DNA from: an uncultured Alphaproteobacteria bacterium
Lineage (GTDB): Bacteria > Pseudomonadota > Alphaproteobacteria > TMED109
DNA length: 25,684 nt
Assembly: GCA_964392475.1 (NCBI GenBank)
Contig: CAYMQD010000054.1
Span: 1 to 25,684 of the forward strand
Direction of reading: 5' to 3'
Shown piece by piece: positions 16,944 to 24,185 of this stretch (position 1 is its first letter; each line of letters begins with the position of its first letter). A program made the translations under genes and the position numbers. The notes beneath the pieces are model-generated. The model was not told where the DNA came from. It ran no database searches and saw only the letters and a list, made by a program, of their open reading frames with translations.

Positions 16944-18428
16944 CTAAAATTGAAAGTATATAAAAGCTTGTGGTATTCCAAGTCTACTTGATCCAAAAGC
17001 AAGAGCAATAGCAATAATTATAGCTGAAGTCCAAGTAGCATTTATCTTAAAAGATTTTTTAGTTATATTTGGAATTGTAATTGATAAAATAGCTAAAATA
17101 AATGTCCATAAAACCATGCGAAGCGTATAGGTTCCAGTAGAAAATAATTCTAAGGTTTTCCATTCTAAATTTAAATATTCAGCTAAGTATGATAGCCAAT
17201 TAGGTAAAATAAATAAATTTAGATTAAACATTGCAGTCAAAATCATCAATGCTTGTTCACAGCTATTTGATCTAAAAAAAATAAATGATACCATTACTGA
17301 GAAAATCGTTAATATCCATCCTATAAAAGCATTAAGCTTTATAGGAGTTACTTTTCTCCAAATATGGTTTATTCCTAAGGCGATGGCATTTATTAAACCA
17401 AATATAACAAATGTCCAATCAGCACCATGCCATAGCCCAGAAAGTGTAAAAGCTATAAAAATTGGAAACAAAAAGGCGCATATAAAGTTTAGCCCCATTT
17501 TTGAAGAACTCGTGGAAACTGCTCTAGATATTTTCAGAGCTAGTGGTGCAAATACATACAACATAAAAAAACGAGTAACTGTTATATGCCATCTTTTCCA
17601 GAATTCTATCATAGACGTGGCTCGATATGGAACATCAAAGTTAACGGGTAGTCTAAATCCAAACATCAATGCAAGGCCGACTGCCATGGCAGAATAACCT
17701 GCAAAATCAAAGTAAAGCTGTAGTGAATACGCTATTGTAGCTAACCACGCTTCCAATAATGAAATATTCTCAGCAATAGAGAAACCCCTATCTACGTAGG
17801 TAGATATTCCATCAGCAAGAATAGATTTTTTAAACAATCCTATAGAAAAAATAAAAACGCCCAGAGAAAAAGTTTTTAAATTTGTGAAAAGCTTGGGATT
17901 TTTTTTAAGAAGTTCTAGCTGAGAGCGAATTTCATGCGAGAGAACTATAGGTCCAGCAATTAATTGAGGGAAAAAAGCAATAAAGAAAAAATGTTCCTTA
18001 ATGGACAAGGGTATTGCTCTTCTATCATTTACATCTACGAGGAAAGCAATTTGCTGAAATGTAAAAAAAGATATTGCTAATGGAATAATTAATTCTGAAA
18101 AAATAAGATGATCATATTCAGATGTAATATTTTCTATAATAAAATACCTATATTTGAACCAGCCTATGATTAATAGGTTTGTAACTACCCCTACAAAAAG
18201 TATGCTTTGTGAGGGATTTTTGTATAACTTCTTTGCTATTAATAAATTAAAAGTTATAGAAAAAAGCAGTAATATTAACCATTTTGGATCGTGCCATGAA
18301 TAAAAATACAAAGAAGATACTGCAAGAAAAGCTATCTCGTGCCCTGAAGCATATATCCTAATTATGTGATAAAGTATCAGAGTTATCGGTAAAAAAAAGA
18401 AAAGAAAAGCATCACTTGTAAATAACAA
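16944..18428 (-). CDS. MBOAT family membrane-bound O-acyltransferase (AlgI/DltB-like)
   Basis: TTG start, MLFTS..FLFFFLP; PLAISFFTFQQI, FFPQLIAGPI, LYFDFAGYS, PVNFDVPY, FWKRWHIT, GLWHGA (catalytic His), and C-terminal FIYFQF. Confidence 0.94.
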   Translation of the reverse strand: MLFTSDAFLFFFLPITLILYHIIRIYASGHEIAFLAVSSLYFYSWHDPKWLILLLFSITFNLLIAKKLYKNPSQSILFVGVVTNLLIIGWFKYRYFIIENITSEYDHLIFSELIIPLAISFFTFQQIAFLVDVNDRRAIPLSIKEHFFFIAFFPQLIAGPIVLSHEIRSQLELLKKNPKLFTNLKTFSLGVFIFSIGLFKKSILADGISTYVDRGFSIAENISLLEAWLATIAYSLQLYFDFAGYSAMAVGLALMFGFRLPVNFDVPYRATSMIEFWKRWHITVTRFFMLYVFAPLALKISRAVSTSSSKMGLNFICAFLFPIFIAFTLSGLWHGADWTFVIFGLINAIALGINHIWRKVTPIKLNAFIGWILTIFSVMVSFIFFRSNSCEQALMILTAMFNLNLFILPNWLSYLAEYLNLEWKTLELFSTGTYTLRMVLWTFILAILSITIPNITKKSFKINATWTSAIIIAIALAFGSSRLGIPQAFIYFQF

Positions 18429-18439
18429 TAAATATTTCC

Positions 18440-18697
18440 TTACTGATTTGTTTTGCCACCAATAAGAGTTAAATGATCTACCATAGATCCAATATTTTCA
18501 AGGGCATTGATATCTCTAGCATTTAGCTTTACTGAAAATTCCTTCTCACATTCTAGAATAATCTTTATTTGGTTTAAACTATCCCATTCCTCTATATCTT
18601 CTGCATTTGTATTATTTGAAAGTATGATAGATTCATCATCAAAAATTTCTATAAAAATTTTATTTAGTCTTTTTAATATTTTTTCTTTATTTGTCAT
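18440..18697 (-). CDS. Acyl carrier protein (stand-alone, dedicated; DltC-like role)
   Basis: 85 aa with WDSL phosphopantetheine site (Ser40) followed by IKIILECEKEFSV; sits between fkbH and the MBOAT gene. Confidence 0.92.
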   Translation of the reverse strand: MTNKEKILKRLNKIFIEIFDDESIILSNNTNAEDIEEWDSLNQIKIILECEKEFSVKLNARDINALENIGSMVDHLTLIGGKTNQ

Positions 18698-20465
18698 ATT
18701 TAATATTTTTTTTTGTATTATCTAATTTCATAAAGTCTTTAGGCATATTTTTAGGGCTATAGCTAGATGCAAAATATTCGTTATTATCAGCTTTTTTCTG
18801 AAAACCTAGCTGAGTGAGAATAGGTTTTATCATTTTATTCCTTTCCGTTGGAAAATAGCATAATTTTATCTCTTCGCAATTTAAATTTAATGCTAGGTTA
18901 CAAAGGAATCTCCTTGTAGCAAATTCTAACCTTCTAGAAAATACTCTGCAGCTCATTACCCAATTTATTATATTTAATATTTTTCCTTCTCTCCTAGTTA
19001 CTAATACTGCTACTATTCCATAATCGTGCAGTTTATCCTTAAATCTTATTGCAAAGGTGCTGGTAGCCAGTAGATTAATTTCTGAATAAGATAGAATATT
19101 AGGATTTAGTTTAAATTGATTGGTTTTTGCAAGTAATTGAATAACTCTTTGTATGTTATAATCAATAACAGTCTCGAAATTAAATTCTGGCTTAAGATCA
19201 CACAGGAATTTTTCTAAATCTTTGCTTTTAGATAAACCATCCTTAATTTTAGTTATAGCTTTGTAACTTTTATTTCTAGAAATATCTTCTTTTGTATAAT
19301 TGGGCCTTACAAAAAGGTTGAGCCTTTCAATTTGCCAAGCGTATGTAGCTGGGTCTGAATGTAAATTAACTACAGTAACTTCTGGAAGTTGGTTTTTAAT
19401 CCATTCACATTCAGTTGGGCTGTCATCTGCAAAAACGATAGAATCTAAACCTAAGTTTAACTTAGAGGAAATTTCAATAATATTGCTTGCTTTGTCATTA
19501 TAATTTGCTAAAAAACATGAAAAATCGTTAAGCTTTAAACTCATATCGGGATGGTTAATGAAGGCATTCTTTGCAATAGATTCCTCATTTTTAGAACATA
19601 TAGATAATATTACACCACCTTTTAATAAGCCTTTGATATAGTCTTGAAACTCTTTAAAACCTTCTCCGCTAGGTGTTTCTTTACCTATACTTATTCCCTT
19701 AATTCCTAAATCTCCTATTTCCCCTCCCCATAAAGTATTATCTAAGTCTAATACTAAAGCTTTTTTTCCCATTCCATACAAGCTTGCAATATTTGCAGAT
19801 ATTATATGTGCTATTTCAGGTAAGGAATCCATAGAGAAAGGCTGTTTTGCAAGAGTATAAAGTCTAGTGTCATACCAATTTTTATAACCTATTCTTGATA
19901 CTAGTCTTTCTGTATCTATCACTGTAATTTTTGGATATATGGAATTTTTTAATTTTTCATTTGTTTTTCTTATATGATCAAGTAGGGCTCCATCTTTATT
20001 ATTTTTAGATTCTCCGAACGGTGCATAAGGAGGAAGGTCGTATGACATTTGGATGATTTCTCCACTTATGGATTTCCATACATCTTCCCAAAAACTAAAC
20101 TCTTTTTTACTGGATGTGTTAAAAAATTTTAAATCTCTATACGTTGGCCATAGTAAAGTACAGTTTGGTTTAAATTTATAAAAGTAACTATTCTTATCTA
20201 GAAGTTCTGTAAACATAGTTCCGTATTTTGGAATATAAATTTCAGCATCTATTCCTTTTTGAAATAAAAATAAATCTAAAACTTCCTTTAAAAAATTATT
20301 AGTAAACATAGACATTAGGGCTAATTTAATTCTTCTAGGCCTTTTTTTTAAAAGCGTTCTATTTTTTTGTAATCTTTTAGAATATTTCTGGATTCTAACT
20401 AGGGGAGAATCTAGCATGTTAGGATTAATAAATAACTCTAGTTCATCAATTTGAGTTTTTTTCAT
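18687..20465 (-). CDS. fkbH: FkbH-like HAD-IIIC glyceryl transferase/phosphatase with N-terminal extension
   Basis: KALVLDLDNTLWGG (DxD at residues 240/242), SICSKNE, FADDSPTECE, RVIQLLAKTNQF, DKLHDYGIV and WVMSCRV (conserved Cys). Confidence 0.92.
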   Translation of the reverse strand: MKKTQIDELELFINPNMLDSPLVRIQKYSKRLQKNRTLLKKRPRRIKLALMSMFTNNFLKEVLDLFLFQKGIDAEIYIPKYGTMFTELLDKNSYFYKFKPNCTLLWPTYRDLKFFNTSSKKEFSFWEDVWKSISGEIIQMSYDLPPYAPFGESKNNKDGALLDHIRKTNEKLKNSIYPKITVIDTERLVSRIGYKNWYDTRLYTLAKQPFSMDSLPEIAHIISANIASLYGMGKKALVLDLDNTLWGGEIGDLGIKGISIGKETPSGEGFKEFQDYIKGLLKGGVILSICSKNEESIAKNAFINHPDMSLKLNDFSCFLANYNDKASNIIEISSKLNLGLDSIVFADDSPTECEWIKNQLPEVTVVNLHSDPATYAWQIERLNLFVRPNYTKEDISRNKSYKAITKIKDGLSKSKDLEKFLCDLKPEFNFETVIDYNIQRVIQLLAKTNQFKLNPNILSYSEINLLATSTFAIRFKDKLHDYGIVAVLVTRREGKILNIINWVMSCRVFSRRLEFATRRFLCNLALNLNCEEIKLCYFPTERNKMIKPILTQLGFQKKADNNEYFASSYSPKNMPKDFMKLDNTKKNIKYDK

Positions 20466-21217
20466 CTTCTATGAGCCTTAGAAACCTGTAATGTAATTCC
20501 ATAAGAAGAATCCAATTTACTGGTTAAAATAGCCTCTACGTAGTCTGCTATATCTGATGGCCGAGTCAGCGTTTTTTCTGGAAGTTGTTTTTCAATATTT
20601 TTCAAATATTCTTCAGGAAGGTCTTGTGTAAGCCTAGAGCGTACCATTCCTGGAGCTAAAATAAATACTCTTATTCCTTTCTTTATCCACTCTTGTGCTA
20701 AAACTTTTGCATAAGATGTTACAGCAGATTTGGCTGCTATATATGGTCCTATTTTTATGGGAGGCGTACCTAAAACGAATTCAGAAGAGATAAGTATTAT
20801 TCTTGGAATAGAACCATCTTGGACAGATTTATCAAGAAACGGTAACGATTGAACCATAAGCCTATGAAAAGCAATCAATTGTATATTTATTTGTTCTTCG
20901 ATAATTGTTATATCTGTATTGTGAAGTAATTTGTTTGGGAAGGGTTTTGCAACGGAATATATTATGCAGTCAAGTGAATCAGTGGTCTTTTTTATAGACT
21001 GAAATGTTTTTTCCACCTCCTTAATATTTGTAAGATCACAATTGAATTTAGGACACTTAAATTTTATTGATAATTTGTTTAGTCGGTCATTATTTTCCTT
21101 GCCTAGTAGAATAAGAGAAAATTTATTTTTGAATAGTACACTTGCAATAGAAGAGCCTATAGTGCCTGAGGCACCTACTATAAGAACTGATTTTTTCAAC
21201 TCTTTAGAGCCTTGCAT
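20462..21217 (-). CDS. Short-chain dehydrogenase/reductase (ketoreductase/FabG-like)
   Basis: VGASGTIG glycine-rich motif, ISSEF (catalytic Ser), YIAAK (YxxxK) and LAPGMVRSRLT. Confidence 0.9.
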   Translation of the reverse strand: MQGSKELKKSVLIVGASGTIGSSIASVLFKNKFSLILLGKENNDRLNKLSIKFKCPKFNCDLTNIKEVEKTFQSIKKTTDSLDCIIYSVAKPFPNKLLHNTDITIIEEQINIQLIAFHRLMVQSLPFLDKSVQDGSIPRIILISSEFVLGTPPIKIGPYIAAKSAVTSYAKVLAQEWIKKGIRVFILAPGMVRSRLTQDLPEEYLKNIEKQLPEKTLTRPSDIADYVEAILTSKLDSSYGITLQVSKAHRR

Positions 21218-21636
21218 AGTATTTTTCCTCGGGCTACCGTAGTATTAATTTTGCCATTTTCTATAAGTTTTTTTGCATGTATTTTCATATCTATCGTTTC
21301 TGTTGCTTCGTTAATGGAATTTATCATAACTTCAAGCCTAATTTTATCTCCTGGATAAATAGGTGCAGGAAAGGAAATTAATTCTTCTAATATCAGACAA
21401 TTCTTTCCAGGAAGATGCATTCCTAATAATCTTGAAAATTGGGCAGCAGTGAGAAAACCATGTACTACCTGTTTTTTAAAACCAAATTTTTGTGCATATT
21501 TTTTATCCACATGAATTGGGTTAAAGTCTCTCGATAATTTGGAAAAAGTATTAATATCATCTAGGGTTACTGTCCAATCTTCAGAATAAGTGTTTCCTTC
21601 TTTAAGGTTTGATAAAGGTTTACTATTTGCTGGCAT
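21196..21636 (-). CDS. MaoC/PhaJ-family hotdog-fold dehydratase (R-specific enoyl hydratase-like)
   Basis: FSKLSRDFNPIHVD (cf. S-G-D-x-N-P-I-H), VVHGFL, LPG and FPAPIYPGD. Confidence 0.92.
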   Translation of the reverse strand: MPANSKPLSNLKEGNTYSEDWTVTLDDINTFSKLSRDFNPIHVDKKYAQKFGFKKQVVHGFLTAAQFSRLLGMHLPGKNCLILEELISFPAPIYPGDKIRLEVMINSINEATETIDMKIHAKKLIENGKINTTVARGKILCKALKS

Positions 21637-21778
21637 TACGTGGTCTTACATAAACTTTAAGTGTTTTTAAAATATATCTTTAATTTATCTAATTAACTTA
21701 ACTATATATAGCTTTATTTGCATCCAATTTTTTAAAGTTTTTAAAAAACTACTAGTTTTAAAATTAATAGATAATACT

Positions 21779-21796
21779 AAGCCCCCTTATGGGCTT
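21779..21796. promoter_or_regulatory. GC-cored hairpin (AAGCCC-CCTTAT-GGGCTT) in the divergent intergenic region 21637-21814
   Basis: Perfect 6-bp inverted repeat with a 6-nt loop in an otherwise very AT-rich spacer between divergently oriented genes; function unknown. Confidence 0.35.
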
Positions 21797-21814
21797 TCTA
21801 AACTTTTCATATGA

Positions 21815-23938
21815 ATGTATCTTAATCTAATGACTAAATTTAACTTTATTTTAACTTATTTAAATAAATCAGTAACTGGATTTTTCTTATTGCCATTAGA
21901 CTTAAAGTTTAGGTTCATAGTGGCTATTTTGCTTTCTTGGACAGTCCTAGGTGCGTTGCCTACTTTACAATTAGGCTATTTTGGACAAGTTGAAGGAAAA
22001 TTGGCATTTCTTCATGCTATTGCAGCATTTCTTAGCTTATATATGTTGAGGAATATTTTAAAAAAGCCTAGAAATATAGAGGTATTTTTTGAACCATTAG
22101 TTTGGATACCTTTTTCTATTGGGTTATTTAGCCTGTTTTCTGCTATTTTTCAAAGATTGCCAATATTAGCACTATATGGCTCTGTACAGATTGGTCAAGG
22201 AGCATTTCTTTACTTTGATTTAGCAATTTTTACAGCATTCTTTGCTCCTATATTTTATTCAAATAAACTGAAAATATATCTTGGGTTAAATTTTATAATT
22301 CTTACACTGATTGTTACGATTTTTACTTTACGTCCATTTATAGGTGGCTTTACGCCAATTGTTTTTTTCGGTTTTCCCGACTACTTATGCTTTTATGCTT
22401 TATTTTCTATTATTTTATTTTCTTTTTCTACTAAGAAAGAAGCTGTTCCAATTTTATTATTATTTTTTGCAGGCCCTTATTTTTTACTCACCGATAATCG
22501 TTCTGCATTAGTGTTATGGGCTATAATTATGACTGTAACTTTATTTTGGAAGACTTTAGATAAATTAATACAAGAATATAACTTTAAAGTTCTTACATTT
22601 ATAAAAACTTTTTTAAAAGTTTTTATAAATGTAAAGTTTTTTGCAGTTGTTCCAATAATTATATCAGCCGTCATATTACTTTCCTCTTTAATTTTTTGGG
22701 ATGGGGTGGGGGCTCTAGACCCTAATATTGCTGAAAATAGTTATATTGCTTCTGCAGTAGTGAGAGGTATGTTAGCTCATTTGGTAGTTGATGATTTTCT
22801 TACTCTAAAAGCAATGTTTTTAGGTTTTGGTTGGGGTTCAGTTTCTGAGTTAATAATTTCTAATTTTCCTACAGAGGCTTTTAATCAGATTAGACTAGGA
22901 ACAAGGGTGCATTTTCATACCCACGTTGAACCCTTGGAACATCTTATTTGCTTAGGAATACCAGGCCTTTTACTATATTTTAGCTATATGTTTTTTGTAT
23001 TTAAGAAAGCCTTTGCATTTTCTATTTACCATGCGATGCCCTGGTTATTGTATTTTACAATTTGTACATTTTGGTTTCAATTTGCTGGAAATATTCCTTT
23101 ATTGGCTTTGTGTACGTCAGTTTTATTGGTTCAACAGAAAAATAAAGTTAGCGACAAATTAGGTAATAATTTTAAGATATTATCTAATAAAACTATTGTT
23201 ATTTTAGGATTTTCATGGACTTCTTTTTTCTTAATTTTCGGAAGCTATGTGGGGTTTATGACAGCTATAAATAATCAGAGTATGGTTCCACCAAAAACTA
23301 TTAATAATGCAACTGATTACTCATTAGGATCAGATTGCCTATACCCAGTGAGTGATTTTGGAAGAGGAGGTATACATATGGCAGGTTTTTATAATTCCTT
23401 TTTTGAATATTTAGCAGATGAAATTAAAAATAAGAGAAAACTCCAAGATTCTGATTATTTAGTTGCTGATTGGTATGGATGTGTAGCAGAAAAATTGATT
23501 AGTAAAAATGAAAGCTCTATTGAATTAATAAATGCTACTGTTAATGCACGCTCCCAACTAAGTATTTTTCAGGGTGAGGAGTCTGCACGTTTAGTTACTT
23601 TGCTAGAGTCTCATATGGGAGGATGGGAAGAACGATTAAGTTTATTGCTGAGCCTAGCGCCTAAGAGGGGTGATCAAGTAACAGCTTTTGTGGCGCATAC
23701 GCTTACAAAAAATAACTATCCTGCCCTTTTGAGAATTTGCACTAAAGCTAGACTTAATGGTAGGTCTCAGGCTTTTTGTGACTTAGCAGAAGCGGCTGTA
23801 CTTTTAAGTGAAGGAGAGGATAAAAGAGGAGAAGCAATAAAGCTTCTTAAAAGGGCAGAAAAGTTAGGGGTTTATAATAATCCAGACATAGATCCCGAAC
23901 TATCAAAGAAATTAAAAGAAATTTTTAAAAGAATTTAA
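21815..23938 (+). CDS. O-antigen ligase / O-oligosaccharyltransferase-like polytopic membrane protein with C-terminal helical (TPR-like) domain
   Basis: About 12-13 hydrophobic segments; TDNRSA (cf. WaaL T-x-SR-G Arg), LGFGWG, and HTHVEPLEHLICLGIPG (cf. H-x-H-N-x-x-L-x-x-L-x-E-x-G-x-x-G). Soluble helical C-terminal domain of about 220 aa. The start may be ATG 21830. Confidence 0.6.
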   Translation: MYLNLMTKFNFILTYLNKSVTGFFLLPLDLKFRFIVAILLSWTVLGALPTLQLGYFGQVEGKLAFLHAIAAFLSLYMLRNILKKPRNIEVFFEPLVWIPFSIGLFSLFSAIFQRLPILALYGSVQIGQGAFLYFDLAIFTAFFAPIFYSNKLKIYLGLNFIILTLIVTIFTLRPFIGGFTPIVFFGFPDYLCFYALFSIILFSFSTKKEAVPILLLFFAGPYFLLTDNRSALVLWAIIMTVTLFWKTLDKLIQEYNFKVLTFIKTFLKVFINVKFFAVVPIIISAVILLSSLIFWDGVGALDPNIAENSYIASAVVRGMLAHLVVDDFLTLKAMFLGFGWGSVSELIISNFPTEAFNQIRLGTRVHFHTHVEPLEHLICLGIPGLLLYFSYMFFVFKKAFAFSIYHAMPWLLYFTICTFWFQFAGNIPLLALCTSVLLVQQKNKVSDKLGNNFKILSNKTIVILGFSWTSFFLIFGSYVGFMTAINNQSMVPPKTINNATDYSLGSDCLYPVSDFGRGGIHMAGFYNSFFEYLADEIKNKRKLQDSDYLVADWYGCVAEKLISKNESSIELINATVNARSQLSIFQGEESARLVTLLESHMGGWEERLSLLLSLAPKRGDQVTAFVAHTLTKNNYPALLRICTKARLNGRSQAFCDLAEAAVLLSEGEDKRGEAIKLLKRAEKLGVYNNPDIDPELSKKLKEIFKRI

Positions 23939-23950
23939 ATTCTAACCCAG

Positions 23951-24016
23951 TTTTTATATGTGATAAAAATACAACACATATCTATTTTATATTAAAATAA
24001 TTTAAAAATATGTGTT
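23951..24016. repeat. Clustered inverted repeats (three ATATGTG copies) upstream of the autotransporter-like gene
   Basis: ATATGTG at 23956-23962 (+), 23975-23981 (-) and 24008-24014 (+). AACACATAT (23973-23981) and ATATGTGTT (24008-24016) form a perfect 9-bp inverted repeat enclosing the palindrome TATTTTA-TAT-TAAAATA (23983-23999). Confidence 0.4.
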
Positions 24017-24170
24017 TTCTTTGCTTTTTTTAGTGGTATATTTTGGTTGTATGGTTTAATTAATACTATTGATATAACTTTTTATTATATTAAGGTATTA
24101 TATTTATTTTTAGTTTTTTAGCTAGATGCGTTGCAGCTGAGCTGGGCGTGTTTTGATTGATCTTTAATTT

Positions 24171-24176
24171 AAGGAG
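24171..24176 (+). promoter_or_regulatory. Shine-Dalgarno site of the autotransporter-like gene
   Basis: AAGGAG 9 nt upstream of ATG 24186. Confidence 0.8.
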
Positions 24177-24185
24177 TAGGTTAGA

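Noticed and set aside
21196-21217. Possible frameshifted MaoC-SDR fusion (22-bp overlap)
   Set aside because: The SDR ATG has its own GAGGA Shine-Dalgarno site a few nt upstream, and MaoC ends after its last predicted strand, so two separate coupled genes is the simpler reading.
21646-21651. ATG-TAA start-stop mini-ORF in frame just upstream of maoC (minus strand)
   Set aside because: A six-base pattern like this is common by chance in AT-rich DNA, and there is no supporting SD or conservation evidence.
24121-24150. GC-rich patch upstream of the autotransporter-like gene as a sigma54 promoter or riboswitch
   Set aside because: TTGCA is present at 24131-24135, but the -24 position reads GC rather than the required GG; only a 4-bp hairpin (CAGC-TGA-GCTG) is visible, with no recognisable riboswitch.
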